The notes under the pieces: generated by a model
Told to the model about the DNA's origin: nothing
The model's input: the letters and a program-made list of their open reading frames with translations, nothing else
Databases searched by the model: none
Origin: an uncultured candidatus Porisulfidus sp.
GTDB lineage: Bacteria; Pseudomonadota; Gammaproteobacteria; Poriferisulfidales; Poriferisulfidaceae
NCBI GenBank assembly: GCA_965204575.1
Contig: OZ241993.1
Location: 160,001-224,000 of the forward strand
Reading direction: 5' to 3'
DNA: 64,000 nucleotides
Position numbers and translations under genes: made by a program
In this document: positions 24,294 to 34,467 of the stretch, in pieces
Layout: every line of letters starts with the position of its first letter
How positions within the stretch are numbered: the stretch's first letter is position 1

Positions 24294-24717
24294 TCCGTCT
24301 AATCTCCACGAATTCGAGATCCACCGGCTCCCACGCCCGTTCGCCGAGGTTGCCAAAGAACGAATAGGCGTAACGCATCTCGTAGCGGACGACGTCGCCC
24401 GCGCCTCCGAGACCGGCCGTCGTGCTGTCGGCGATGCCAGAAACCCCGCTCGATGAGAATGCCTCGACCTCCAGTTCTTCCGGATCGATCAGCTGGACTT
24501 CGAATGCCTCCGCAAGCGCTTTCGCGTTCGCCTCAAGGTCGCGGTTTTCACCGAGCTTCGCCTGCCAAATCACCTGCTCGAGGACATCCTGCAACTGAAT
24601 ATTGACGTAGAAAAACCTGGTGACCTCGAAAACGAAAAGCGCCAGCGTGAGAAACGCCGGAAACACAAGCGCGAACTGGACGGACGTGAAACCCCGCTCC
24701 GATTTCACGGACATCAC
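24274..24717 (-). CDS. tadE: TadE-like pseudopilin
   Basis: RGFTSVQFALVFPAFL, GLGGAGDVVRY, C-terminal RNEP. Confidence 0.82.
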   Translation of the reverse strand: MMSVKSERGFTSVQFALVFPAFLTLALFVFEVTRFFYVNIQLQDVLEQVIWQAKLGENRDLEANAKALAEAFEVQLIDPEELEVEAFSSSGVSGIADSTTAGLGGAGDVVRYEMRYAYSFFGNLGERAWEPVDLEFVEIRRNEPAFR

Positions 24718-25469
24718 TTCACCCGGGAGAGCAGCCGCTCGGCTTCGCCGTCCGAGACCACCGACGACAACAATGCCTTCGCCTCGCTTCTCCGGCCGCC
24801 CTTGGCCAGACCCAGAGCCTCCAGAATGATGATCGACCGCTCCGATATGTCGTCATCAACGGCATCCGCCCGGATTCCCTCGAGAATCTCGAGGCTCTGG
24901 TCGGTCTGCCCGGACAGTAGCAACGAGAGCGCAAGATTGTAGGAGACTTTCTGGCTGGGCTGGACCGACAGCGCCTTCCGGTAGGCCGACTGCGCCCCGG
25001 GGCGGTCGCCGAGATTGTCCAGAGCGACCCCCTGCATATTGAGCATTTCGACATCGTCCGGATGCTGCTCTTCGTGACGCCGGGCAAGACCGAGCACCTT
25101 GTCGAATTTCCGACATTGGAGGTAGCTTTTGGCCAACAACCTGGTATGCTCGTTGCCTCCTCCCTCTCCCTGCGCCAAGCTTGCGCTCCGACGCAGGACC
25201 GGGATCGCTTTTCCACACTCGCGCAATTCGACGAGCAGCCTGCCATAGGCGACATGCGCGGAGAAATCGTCCGGATTCTCTTCGACATGCCGCTGGGCGA
25301 TCAGCACCGCAAACCCGGGATTGCCGCTCTTGCGCGCCGCATCAATCAGCCGCGCCCGTTCATCGACGGCGGGGGTGAGCGACGGCGCCACGCATGCGGC
25401 GAGGACAGGAGCGAAAGCAAAGACATGCAGGCCACCGCGCACAGACTGCCGCACGCGCAAGCCGCTCAT
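24714..25469 (-). CDS. tadD: TadD TPR lipoprotein
   Basis: Lipobox LAAC, TPR repeats (GVALDNLG...AY..AL; NLALSLLLSG). Confidence 0.82.
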   Translation of the reverse strand: MSGLRVRQSVRGGLHVFAFAPVLAACVAPSLTPAVDERARLIDAARKSGNPGFAVLIAQRHVEENPDDFSAHVAYGRLLVELRECGKAIPVLRRSASLAQGEGGGNEHTRLLAKSYLQCRKFDKVLGLARRHEEQHPDDVEMLNMQGVALDNLGDRPGAQSAYRKALSVQPSQKVSYNLALSLLLSGQTDQSLEILEGIRADAVDDDISERSIIILEALGLAKGGRRSEAKALLSSVVSDGEAERLLSRVK

Positions 25470-26371
25470 GCTCCAATGCCCTGCAGGGTGCGGACAAGGT
25501 TCACGATGGCCGGTGCGCCAAGCAATGCAACCACCGGGAACAGGATGAACACGATCAGCGGGACGCTCATCCGCGCGGGTGCCGCGCCGGCGCGTTCCTT
25601 TATGTCGTCGAGTTGCACCAGGCGGCTCTGGTCGGCGGTCGTCCGCAACGCATCGACGAGCGGCGTTCCGTAGCGCATCGACTGCAACAGGGTCTGTGCC
25701 ACCGTTTGCAACTCTTTGACGTCCAGGTGCCGGCTGAACCGTGTGAGCACCGCTTCCCGGTCTTCGTTAATTGTGAGTTCCGAGCACAGCTTGTCGAACT
25801 CAACCGCGAGTTCAGGCGCGACGGGATTGATTTCGTCCGCGACCAGTTTCAGGGCCTTCTCGAAGGTGAGGCCGGAGCCCACGCAGATCGTCAACAGTTC
25901 CAGTGCTTCGGAAATTCGGCGCCGGACTCTGGCGGTGCGGGTCTTGACCCGGTCGTTCAGCCACCACTCGCTCAGGCGCGACGCCAGAAAGGTCGCCACC
26001 ATTTGCGTGAACAGGGCTCCGGGCGTGGCCAGCGCGGCCAGATCTTCCGGTGCGATGAAAAATATGGATGCCAGCCAGAAGACCGCGAGCAATGCGACCC
26101 GGCCGAACAGGAAGAAATCGACCGCCTCGTCCCGGAAAAACCCCGCCCGCTGAAGCCGGGCGGCAATTCGTTCGCGTTCGCTCCTCGTCGACAGGAATCG
26201 CCCGAACGACAGGAAAAAGCGGAACTCTCCGGCGAACCTGCCCCCGCCCTGAAGCGACAGCGTGCGCCGGATGCGCACATTCAGCCGGTTCTGCGCCACC
26301 ACGCCTTCCGCCACCAGATAGGCGAGAAGGCAAATCGCAAGGATTCCGCCAAGAAAGACAGCCTGCTGCAT
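25466..26371 (-). CDS. tadC: Tad inner-membrane platform protein TadC
   Basis: ALELLTICVGSGL, LLQSMRYGTPL, MSVPLIVFILFP. Confidence 0.9.
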   Translation of the reverse strand: MQQAVFLGGILAICLLAYLVAEGVVAQNRLNVRIRRTLSLQGGGRFAGEFRFFLSFGRFLSTRSERERIAARLQRAGFFRDEAVDFFLFGRVALLAVFWLASIFFIAPEDLAALATPGALFTQMVATFLASRLSEWWLNDRVKTRTARVRRRISEALELLTICVGSGLTFEKALKLVADEINPVAPELAVEFDKLCSELTINEDREAVLTRFSRHLDVKELQTVAQTLLQSMRYGTPLVDALRTTADQSRLVQLDDIKERAGAAPARMSVPLIVFILFPVVALLGAPAIVNLVRTLQGIGA

Positions 26372-26379
26372 CCCGGCTC

Positions 26380-27267
26380 CTATTCGAACCGCGTCATGCG
26401 CCTGACGATCGCCAGGCCGAGCACGATGCTCACCACCGCATAGGCCAGCACCATCCTGCCGTCGGGATCGTTGAACAGGAAATGAAACCCGGCCGGATTG
26501 ACGGCTGCCTGTATGCCGATCAGGGCCAGCGGGATGACCGCGACCACCTTCGCGCTTGTGCGCGGCTCCGCCGTCAGAATCTCCAGTTCGCGACTGGCGT
26601 TTGACCGCGCCCTGATGCCGCGACTCAGCTGGGCCAGAACGTCGGAGATGTGGCCGCCGGTCTCGCGGTTGATGACCAGCACGGTGCAGAAGAACTCCAG
26701 TTCAGGGATGTCTATGTCGGCCGAAAGTTTTCTCATGACGGTACCGAATGGCACACCCAACTCCAGCTGATCCTTCATCTCCTCGAAACGCCCCCGGACC
26801 GGCTCGGAGAAATACTGCCCCATCTCGCCCAAGGCCACTTCGACCGACACGCCCACCACGACCAGGCGCGCCAGACCATCCACCGCCTCGGGAAAATCAG
26901 TGAGAAACTGTTTCCTGATCGCCCGTTTCCGCATGATGCCACGGTAATAGACGACCGCGCCTGCCACGACCGCGGCACCCGGCGGGACAAGCCACCACTC
27001 ATGTGTGAATAGCCAGATGGCAGCGGCGGCGGCGAGAAAAACGCCGACAGCGACCCATTTGCTGCTGCGGTCCCGCAGCCAGGCCGGTGTTCGATGGTAA
27101 AGCCAAAAATGGTCGGCGAGACTTGAGAGGATCTTCCGGAGAGACCCATGTTTGGCGTCCGCATGCCGTCGAATCCGCCGATTCAGTGCGGCATTCCGCT
27201 TCTCGACACGGTAGAGCAGCCCCGCGAGGCACAGGATGGCGAAAAAAACCGCCGCATCAGCACCCAT
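26380..27267 (-). CDS. tadB: Tad inner-membrane platform protein TadB
   Basis: FPEAVDGLAR, INRETGG, LTAEPRTSA. Start MGADAA. Confidence 0.9.
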   Translation of the reverse strand: MGADAAVFFAILCLAGLLYRVEKRNAALNRRIRRHADAKHGSLRKILSSLADHFWLYHRTPAWLRDRSSKWVAVGVFLAAAAAIWLFTHEWWLVPPGAAVVAGAVVYYRGIMRKRAIRKQFLTDFPEAVDGLARLVVVGVSVEVALGEMGQYFSEPVRGRFEEMKDQLELGVPFGTVMRKLSADIDIPELEFFCTVLVINRETGGHISDVLAQLSRGIRARSNASRELEILTAEPRTSAKVVAVIPLALIGIQAAVNPAGFHFLFNDPDGRMVLAYAVVSIVLGLAIVRRMTRFE

Positions 27268-28516
27268 GGTCCAGCAGCTCCGCCAATTGGTCGAACAGTC
27301 CGTATCTCCTGAACTTGTCGAGCGCACGGCTGACCTCGCCGACGCGCACGAACGCGCCGATGCCGTCGTCACCCACCCGGTATCGAAAGACCGGCCGGGT
27401 GACCGCAAAGCCGTTTTCGAAATGAAGTTCGTTGATGTACGACACCCGGCGCTGGCCGTCGATGCCCCGCTCAACCTGAACCACCCAGTCCACCGCGTTT
27501 GCGATCTGGTGTGACGTATGTGCCATGTCGAGACCCGCCGACGCCATCTGAAGCATGTCCTGCAGACGCGCGAGCGCATCGTCCGGGCTGTTGGCATGCA
27601 ATGTCGAAAGCGATCCGTCGTGGCCGGTGTTCATCGCCTGGAGCATGTCGAACGCCTCTTCGCCCCGGACTTCACCGAGAATGATCCGCTCGGGGCGCAT
27701 TCTCAGCGCGTTCCGGACCAGGTCCCTCTGCGTGACCCGGCCTTGTCCCTCGACCCCTTCGGTCCGGACTTCCAGGCTGATGACGTGGGACTGCCATAAT
27801 TCGAGTTCGGCGACATCTTCGATCGTGATGACACGCTCGTCGGCCCCGATATGCGCCGACATCGCATTGAGGAGCGTGGTTTTGCCCGCACCGGTTCCAC
27901 CGGAGATGATCATGTTCATCCGCGCCTCGACCCCGAGTCGAAGCAGGCGCGCCATTTCGTCGCTCATGCTTCCGATCTCGACGAGTTCGTCAAGATGCAG
28001 TTTCCGACGCACGAACCTGCGGATTGAGATGCAGGGCCCGCTGAGGGAGAGCGGCGGAATGACGATATTGACCCGGCTGCCGTCGGGCAGGCGGGCATCG
28101 ACCATCGGCGAGGATACATCCACGCGACGCGACACCGAATTGGCGATTCGCTGCGCCATGTTGAGCACGTGGCCGTCGTCGCGGAACCGCACCCCGCTCA
28201 ACTCCAACTTGCCTTCTCGCTCGATATAGACCTGATCGGCACCATTGACCAGTATGTCCGAAATCTCGGCATCGTCGATCAGCGGCTGCAGCGGTCCCAA
28301 CCGCACCATGTCATTCAGGATTTCCTGGGAAATCGCAAGTTGCTCCTGCCGGTTGAGCAGGTAGGAACTTTCCGACACGGCCTGTTCGACCAACTCGGCG
28401 ATTTCTTTCTCGAGTTCCCGAGGGTTCAGGTCGAGTGCGGCCTGTGCATCAATGTGGGCGGCGACGTAATCCTGGATCCGGTCGAAAACGACCCGGTCGT
28501 CGGCGTGCGGGGTCAT
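27257..28516 (-). CDS. tadA: Tad pilus ATPase TadA/CpaF
   Basis: ISDILVNG, PMVDARLPDGSRVN, SGGTGAGKTT, ALRMRPERIILGEVRG, MNTGHDGS. Confidence 0.96.
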   Translation of the reverse strand: MTPHADDRVVFDRIQDYVAAHIDAQAALDLNPRELEKEIAELVEQAVSESSYLLNRQEQLAISQEILNDMVRLGPLQPLIDDAEISDILVNGADQVYIEREGKLELSGVRFRDDGHVLNMAQRIANSVSRRVDVSSPMVDARLPDGSRVNIVIPPLSLSGPCISIRRFVRRKLHLDELVEIGSMSDEMARLLRLGVEARMNMIISGGTGAGKTTLLNAMSAHIGADERVITIEDVAELELWQSHVISLEVRTEGVEGQGRVTQRDLVRNALRMRPERIILGEVRGEEAFDMLQAMNTGHDGSLSTLHANSPDDALARLQDMLQMASAGLDMAHTSHQIANAVDWVVQVERGIDGQRRVSYINELHFENGFAVTRPVFRYRVGDDGIGAFVRVGEVSRALDKFRRYGLFDQLAELLDHGC

Positions 28517-29640
28517 CGCCGGGGCCTCCACCCCCTGGCCGGCCGATGCTGCGGGCCCAGTCGGGCGGCAATCTTTCGGATATGCCGGTGAAGCCTCGAC
28601 CGTCGGCTGCCGGGCGGAATCCCGTCGAGAAGCTGGGCCTTCAGGCGCCTGACCTTCGGGATGGCGATCACGTCTTCGCTCTGCAGCAACGAGCGGAATT
28701 TCGCAACCCGGATGTCGGATTCGGCATAAGGATCGTTGATGACGACGGTCGGCCGCTGGCCGCTCTCGCTGCACGACGCGATCATGTCGTTGACCGCCCG
28801 CAAGGACGGCAGGCCGCGATCCGACACCAGAACCACATGATCGGCGTGACGCAGCACATGGCTGCTGAACTCCGGGTTCCCCTTGTCGGTCTTCCAGATC
28901 GTGCAGGCATCGTTCGCGCTGATTACATCAAAAAACTTCGCCGCATCGGCCGGGACGAACCGGCTGCCTCCCGTAATGTCGTAGCCGCCGTAATAGCGGA
29001 TCTCCTTGTTGAGCCGGAGTGCGATCTGGTTCGTCATCAGTTCGTCAATCCGGTCGCCGTGACCGCACAGCCGGTGCAACTCGCCGGTCCGGTCCTCGCC
29101 CAGCCAGTAATTGACCGTCGGGTGGGTCCAGTTCATGTCGACGATCTCGACGCTTCGCGTGCCGGAGAGGAACTGCGCCAAGCCGGCCGATATGAGTGAA
29201 GCACCGATCCCCAGCTTGACGCCGTGGACCACGATATCGCCCGGCCGGTCCGCCTTGTCCTGGCCGACGATGTAGTCGACCGCCATGGGCAGTTCCTGGT
29301 CGATAACGAAATATTCGTCACAGCCGGCCCGTTTTGCGCGCCGGTAGAATTCGAGGGTCGAATCGTCGCCGAGCCCGATGATTCGCGTCCCGTTCGCCCG
29401 ACCGCGCAACGCACGCAGTTCGGCTTCGACGGAGGCGTCGCGCAAATCCACGACGATCTCGCCGATTCGCGAAAGGTTGGCCTCCCGGTCGATGCCCCCA
29501 AGCGCCGACAGCGGCTTGGTCAAGGTCGTGCCCGCCCGGGATTCGAGCCGGGACATCAGTGCATGCGGCAGAGTGCTGCTATCCGTGTAGACGACGATAT
29601 CGTGCGCAGTCTCGTCCGCAGGATGCCGCCAGGGTGTCAT
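28513..29640 (-). CDS. tadZ: TadZ/CpaE pilus localisation protein
   Basis: Degenerate receiver domain (YRRAKRAGCDEYF) plus MinD-like degenerate P-loop (GVKLGIGASLI). Position upstream of tadA. Confidence 0.8.
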   Translation of the reverse strand: MTPWRHPADETAHDIVVYTDSSTLPHALMSRLESRAGTTLTKPLSALGGIDREANLSRIGEIVVDLRDASVEAELRALRGRANGTRIIGLGDDSTLEFYRRAKRAGCDEYFVIDQELPMAVDYIVGQDKADRPGDIVVHGVKLGIGASLISAGLAQFLSGTRSVEIVDMNWTHPTVNYWLGEDRTGELHRLCGHGDRIDELMTNQIALRLNKEIRYYGGYDITGGSRFVPADAAKFFDVISANDACTIWKTDKGNPEFSSHVLRHADHVVLVSDRGLPSLRAVNDMIASCSESGQRPTVVINDPYAESDIRVAKFRSLLQSEDVIAIPKVRRLKAQLLDGIPPGSRRSRLHRHIRKIAARLGPQHRPARGWRPRR

Positions 29641-29641
29641 C

Positions 29642-30028
29642 TTACCTCCCCCCTCCCGAAGCGCCGACCTCGACCGAAGGCTCACGCAAGGGCTCGACTT
29701 CTCCCTTGCGGTAGCGCAGGACCCCGCTCACCGCGATGATGCTGTCCGTCCCCGCCACAGCAGCGGGTTCATGCGACGTGTTCTGCACCGCGGCATTGTG
29801 CGCGGTCGCGCAGCCGAAATGAAGGCCCACGGCTCCATCCCGCCACCACATCGGCCGGCGGCTGATGGGGACTGCGCAACGATGCGCCATACCGGACCGT
29901 CCAGCGGACGCTTCCGGCATCTCGACCTGTGCGGACATTCCCACCTGCCGATCAATGGGCTGATTCAGGGAAGTGTGGCACGCCGAAAGGACAAGGATCG
30001 ACAGTACTATCAGGCTGTGTTCTTTCAT
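29642..30028 (-). CDS. CpaD/RcpB-like pilus lipoprotein
   Basis: Lipobox LSAC, FGCATAHNAAVQ motif, position after the secretin. Confidence 0.72.
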   Translation of the reverse strand: MKEHSLIVLSILVLSACHTSLNQPIDRQVGMSAQVEMPEASAGRSGMAHRCAVPISRRPMWWRDGAVGLHFGCATAHNAAVQNTSHEPAAVAGTDSIIAVSGVLRYRKGEVEPLREPSVEVGASGGGR

Positions 30029-30038
30029 GCTTGAATCC

Positions 30039-31472
30039 TCAGTACATAAAGCCTTGGGGAACCGCGCTCTTCGGCACGTACGTGTGGCCGAGAAAGAGGC
30101 GCGCGATCGGCCCCTCCAACTCAATGTTTTCATTGGGGATAGCCAAAATCTCGTTCGTCGGCCCGGCGATCGACGCGGTGGCGATGATCACGAGTTCGGA
30201 ATCGCCGCGCTTGAATTCGGACGACCTCACCAGAGCACCGATGAGCGGGATATCGCCGAGAAACGGAAACTTGGACACCGTGTCCGTCAAATCCGCCTTC
30301 AGAAGGCCGGCAAGCGCGAAGGATTGTCCGGAGGCGAGCTCCACGGTCGTGTCCGCACGGCGGATCGAGAGCCCGGGATAGGTTAAACCGCCGATCGTGA
30401 CTCCGTTGGCGGCCGAGGGTTCGCTGACTTCCGGCCGGATGCGGAGGCTGATCCGGTTGTCCGCCAGCACGGTCGGCGTCACATCAAGCAACACGCCGAA
30501 GGGTCTGAATTCGATATTGGGGGACCCGTCCGCATAAGTGGGGAATGGTATTTCGCCGCCCGAGAGAAAGCTTGCCGTTTCTCCAGAAGCAACCGACAGG
30601 TTCGGCTCGGCCAGAACGGAGACGAAGTTCTCCTGCGCCAATACGTCAATCAGGCCCGCGAGGTCGCTCGGACTGGTCGGCTTATTCGCCTTCCCCGGTA
30701 GCAAATCAGCGGGTACCGTGCCGAAAATCGGAGATTGCTGGAAGCCGAACTCGGTGGAGTCGACGCTGAACCGGAGGTTCTGCCACTGTAGGCCGAGTCT
30801 TTCGATGATTTCGCGTTTGACTTCGGCGAACCGCACCTTGATGCTGACCTGTCCGCCGCCGGTTACGACCAGCCGGTTCACGACCCGGCCAAACCTCTCG
30901 CCGACGACACCCTCGCCCTCGCCTGCGCTACGCTCGTCCCCGCCTGCCTGCTGACTCCCATCCGCGCCCTGCTGGTCTCCGTCTGCACCTGCGTCCGTTT
31001 GCCGCTGCTCACGAGCGAGGAACGCCTCGACCAGTCCGATGACGTCGGTCGCCGTCACCGCGTCCGGCACGGAACCACTCAGGACGACGTTGCCGTTCGC
31101 CGCCGCCTCGACCGCAATATCGAACTCGGGGTATTCGTCCTCCAGGGCGCGCTTCACCTTCGACAGGTCCGGGACGACTTCGAGCTTCGCGCTCCAGATC
31201 GTCTTGCCGAAGTCGTCCATGACGAAAACTGCCGTCCTGCCCAGCTTCTGGCCGAAGACGATCATTTCCCGTTCTGTGATGACCTGGTACCCGGCCACTT
31301 TCGGCGAAGAGATGAACGCCGTCTTCATGGGCGACGCGAGTTTGACCTTGACGGCGGCACCGATCTTCAGTTCCAGCACTTCATCCGCGTCCTCGATCGT
31401 GGCCCGCGGCTGGGCGTCGGACAACAACCCCAACCACAAACCGGCCGCCAGAAGAAAGAGGAATGCCCTCAT
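30039..31472 (-). CDS. rcpA: Tad secretin RcpA/CpaC
   Basis: Signal peptide, BON-like domain, LAEPNL..SGETASFLSGGEIP, ELASGQSFALAGL, PFLGDIP. Confidence 0.93.
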   Translation of the reverse strand: MRAFLFLLAAGLWLGLLSDAQPRATIEDADEVLELKIGAAVKVKLASPMKTAFISSPKVAGYQVITEREMIVFGQKLGRTAVFVMDDFGKTIWSAKLEVVPDLSKVKRALEDEYPEFDIAVEAAANGNVVLSGSVPDAVTATDVIGLVEAFLAREQRQTDAGADGDQQGADGSQQAGGDERSAGEGEGVVGERFGRVVNRLVVTGGGQVSIKVRFAEVKREIIERLGLQWQNLRFSVDSTEFGFQQSPIFGTVPADLLPGKANKPTSPSDLAGLIDVLAQENFVSVLAEPNLSVASGETASFLSGGEIPFPTYADGSPNIEFRPFGVLLDVTPTVLADNRISLRIRPEVSEPSAANGVTIGGLTYPGLSIRRADTTVELASGQSFALAGLLKADLTDTVSKFPFLGDIPLIGALVRSSEFKRGDSELVIIATASIAGPTNEILAIPNENIELEGPIARLFLGHTYVPKSAVPQGFMY

Positions 31473-32380
31473 TGCGCATACCGGTCGTAGTACCGGTCGT
31501 CCGCCTCGGCGATCTTCCGTCTTTGCTCGGTCCCGATGAATTCGACAATTTCGACATTCTTCTTCGGTGCGGGAAATTCCCGGACGACGTCATGCGACCG
31601 CACGGCCCTTCCGGCCGTGGACGGCGAAGTCTCGCGGGCCGCCCGCTCGAAATTGCTCCTCAGGCTCAGCGAAAGCGTTCCCATTCGCCACGCAACAGTG
31701 ATGATTTCCGCCTGTCGCGGCGTGACCTCCAGCGTGGCCGTGCTTCTTTTCGGCGAGGGCGACTTGGCATCGGGCGACCCCTCTTCCTCCTCGGGGATGA
31801 GATAGGCGATCTTCCGATCTATGGCGATCACGCGCATGTCCTCAAGAATCGTCTTGGCGATGAATCCGCTTTTCCCGTCGGCCCGCACGTCGTCGTTCAG
31901 ATCGGTGAACAGGATCAGATCGACCCGGTCACCCGGCTGGACCAGGCCCGAGTTCCCGGTGACCGCACCAATCTCGATCGAGATCGCGCGTTTTCCGGGT
32001 TCGAGCACGGAGGCGAGGAACCGGCTCTCCTGAGGCAGCAGGAACATCCTGCGGTTGACAAAATCGCCCCGGTCCGCGTCGTTCATCACCAAGGCGCCAT
32101 CGAAGTCTTCGAGTTGCTGGCCGGTGCGCAGCATGGCGTAGGATGGAATGCTTGTCTTTTCCGGATCGAAGTTCGCCCATTTAAGGTCTTCCGTGCGAAT
32201 GAAGTCGCCCTTGGATACCGACCGGTCGAACATGAGATATTCGGGCAACGGCGATGCAATGGCGGCAACAGGCTCCTCCTCGACGGTGATAGCAATATCC
32301 GCAGCCTTATCGCCAAGGCGTCCGTAGAGGACGAAACCCAGAATGGCAATGACGAGCAGGGCGATCAGCGTGATTCTCAT
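31469..32380 (-). CDS. cpaB: Flp pilus assembly protein CpaB/RcpC
   Basis: SAF-like domain, PGKRAISI, GLVQPGDRVDLI, TATLEVTP.QAE, GTLSLSLR. Confidence 0.9.
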   Translation of the reverse strand: MRITLIALLVIAILGFVLYGRLGDKAADIAITVEEEPVAAIASPLPEYLMFDRSVSKGDFIRTEDLKWANFDPEKTSIPSYAMLRTGQQLEDFDGALVMNDADRGDFVNRRMFLLPQESRFLASVLEPGKRAISIEIGAVTGNSGLVQPGDRVDLILFTDLNDDVRADGKSGFIAKTILEDMRVIAIDRKIAYLIPEEEEGSPDAKSPSPKRSTATLEVTPRQAEIITVAWRMGTLSLSLRSNFERAARETSPSTAGRAVRSHDVVREFPAPKKNVEIVEFIGTEQRRKIAEADDRYYDRYAQ

Positions 32381-32395
32381 GGCAGCGCGTCCAGG

Positions 32396-32815
32396 TTAGG
32401 CTTGCAGAACGACGCTCGCGAGAACGATGGCGATCCCGTAAGGAACGCCCCTGTCAGGGCGTTCGCCGTCTCGTCTTTGCAATACGCGGAGCACGAGATA
32501 CGGCAACGTAACCGCCACACCGATGAGCGACATGCAGAGGGCGAACGCGGCCACCTCGCCGACGTGCCACAAGGACAGGCCGAAAAACAACTTCGCGTCG
32601 CCGGCCCCGACGAGGTTCAGTTGCCAGACCAGATAGCCGACCGCCAGGACTGCCACGGACTGTTTCAGCGCGGGCATCATCGCGGACCCGGACAGGTGCA
32701 GCACGATCAGGCCCGCCACCACCAGGTAGACGACGACCCAGTTATCGATCCGTCGATGACGCCAGTCCGTGTAGCAGACCCACAACCAGACCGGAGCCAG
32801 CAGGTACCAGTGCAC
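32396..32815 (-). CDS. tadV: Prepilin peptidase TadV/CpaA (A24)
   Basis: YTDWRHRRIDN, GAGDAKL, GVPYGIAI. Start uncertain (GTG 32815 or TTG 32824). Confidence 0.88.
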   Translation of the reverse strand: MHWYLLAPVWLWVCYTDWRHRRIDNWVVVYLVVAGLIVLHLSGSAMMPALKQSVAVLAVGYLVWQLNLVGAGDAKLFFGLSLWHVGEVAAFALCMSLIGVAVTLPYLVLRVLQRRDGERPDRGVPYGIAIVLASVVLQA

Positions 32816-32824
32816 ATTCGCCAA

Positions 32825-33016
32825 TTATTCTTCGGGCGTAGCCTCGGTCGGAACAGCCTCCACCACAGCCTCGAAAATATCGTTGAGCGCAACCCTGAAT
32901 GCGCCTTCTTCGGCAACTATCGCGGCGATCGCCACCGCAAGGCCCGCGGCCAGGATGCCGTATTCGATGGACGTAACCCCGTCCCTTCTTTTGAGGAAAT
33001 TGGAAAAAGTTTTCAT
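32825..33016 (-). CDS. flp: Flp type IVb pilin
   Basis: MKTFSNFLKRRDG/VTSIEYGILAAG Flp motif. GGAGG ribosome-binding site upstream of ATG 33016. Confidence 0.93.
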   Translation of the reverse strand: MKTFSNFLKRRDGVTSIEYGILAAGLAVAIAAIVAEEGAFRVALNDIFEAVVEAVPTEATPEE

Positions 33017-33051
33017 AGTGTCCCTCCATAATCCGACCCGCATTTTATCAA

Positions 33052-33106
33052 AATAATAATAATAATACAAGTGATAATGATTATTAATTGTATTCTATGT
33101 TATACT
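33052..33106. promoter_or_regulatory. Fur-box-like operator and extended -10 in the flp/hmuS divergent spacer
   Basis: GATAATGATTATTAATTGT (33073-33091) matches GATAATGATAATCATTATC at 13/19. (AAT)5 at 33052-33066. TGtTATACT at 33098-33106 points to hmuS. Confidence 0.7.
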
Positions 33107-33223
33107 TCGGGTGAGTAAATGTTGAGACTGTGGGGCCTTGCCGTACTTGCCACGGTCCGACCCTAGAAAATTCGGGGACTATGCCAGCCTACCTCGTCAT
33201 TCAGGAGAACGGGAGGAAATTCC

Positions 33224-34318
33224 ATGAGTCATGCCGCTGAAGACCTGAACGGTTCCGCCGAGGAACTGAAAACACGCTATCAACGGCTGAAGAAAGAGCA
33301 GCCGAAGATTCGCGCCCGCGACGCCGCGCGCGAACTGGGCGTCTCGGAAGGCAGCCTGCTGGCCTCCCGCGTCGGAGAAGATGCGACCCGCCTGGCCGAC
33401 AGCGCCAACGACATCCTGATGGACATCCGGCCACTCGGAGAGGTGATGGCGCTGACCCGCAACGAGTCCTGCGTGCACGAGCGCAAGGGCGTTTACGACA
33501 ACGGCCAGTTCTACAACCACGGCAGCATGGCGATGGGCCTGTTCGTCAACCCGGACATCGACCTGCGCCTGTTCATGAACCACTGGAAGTACAACTTCGC
33601 CGCCATTGAGCAGACCCGCGGCGACCCCCGCAAGAGCCTCCAGTTCTTCGACAAGGAGGGCCAAGCCATCCACAAGGTCTACCTCACCGACAAGTCCGAC
33701 GAGGCTGCCTATGACGCGCTCGTCGACAAGCACCGGCACTCCCGCCAGGACACGGCCATCAAGATCGACGCCTACGCCGAGAAAGCGCCTGACGCGCCGG
33801 ACGACCAAGTGGACTGGGCCGCCTTCCGCACCGCCTGGGAGAGTCTCAAGGACACCCATGACTTCTACCCGATGCTCCGCAAGTTCAAGGTCGGGCGGGA
33901 ACAGGCGCTCATCCGCATCGGCCGGGATTTCGCCTACCCGGTCGGAAACGATTCGGCCCGCCGTATTCTCGACCAAGTCCGCGACCGGCAATGCGAAATG
34001 ATGGTGTTTGTCGGGAACCGCGGCTGCATCCAGATCCATACCGGGCCGGTCAAGAAACTGGCCGAATACGGGCCTTGGTACAACGTGCTCGACCCGATGT
34101 TCAACCTGCACCTGCGGGAAGACCGCATCGCGCGCACCTGGGTGACGAGGAAGCCGACCGAGGACGGCATCGTCACCGCCCTGGAAATCTTCGACGGAGA
34201 CGGCGAACTCATTGCAACCTTTTTCGGCAAGCGCAAGCCCGGCATCCCGGAGCTGGAACTGTGGCGGGAAATTATCGCCGGGATTCCGGCCAGCGTCGAA
34301 GATGTCCATGCCGTCTAA
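33224..34318 (+). CDS. hmuS: Haemin-degrading/trafficking factor HmuS/HemS
   Basis: RARDAARELGVSEG, MALTRNESCVHERKG, IDLRLF, DTHDF, MVFVGNRGCIQIHTG, FFGKRKPG. Confidence 0.95.
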   Translation: MSHAAEDLNGSAEELKTRYQRLKKEQPKIRARDAARELGVSEGSLLASRVGEDATRLADSANDILMDIRPLGEVMALTRNESCVHERKGVYDNGQFYNHGSMAMGLFVNPDIDLRLFMNHWKYNFAAIEQTRGDPRKSLQFFDKEGQAIHKVYLTDKSDEAAYDALVDKHRHSRQDTAIKIDAYAEKAPDAPDDQVDWAAFRTAWESLKDTHDFYPMLRKFKVGREQALIRIGRDFAYPVGNDSARRILDQVRDRQCEMMVFVGNRGCIQIHTGPVKKLAEYGPWYNVLDPMFNLHLREDRIARTWVTRKPTEDGIVTALEIFDGDGELIATFFGKRKPGIPELELWREIIAGIPASVEDVHAV

Positions 34319-34467
34319 GTGGCCTGCCCGCTGGATTTTTGATGGGGGTTGCCGCCAGCGGCCTGATCGCGGTGCTCTCCCAGTGCCTGCAATCCCGTAT
34401 CTTGGCTGATCTTCCACCGGGGGACATCGAATGCCCCCGACCTCCTGATGCGAAACGAAATCGAATC

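Noticed and set aside
33017-33070. MYYYYYF poly-Tyr leader on Flp
   Set aside because: Artefact of reading the (AAT)n operator tract. The RBS-supported start is 33016.
31463-34417. 522-aa (+) and 406-aa (-) ORFs
   Set aside because: Antisense to cpaB/tadV/flp and hmuS respectively.
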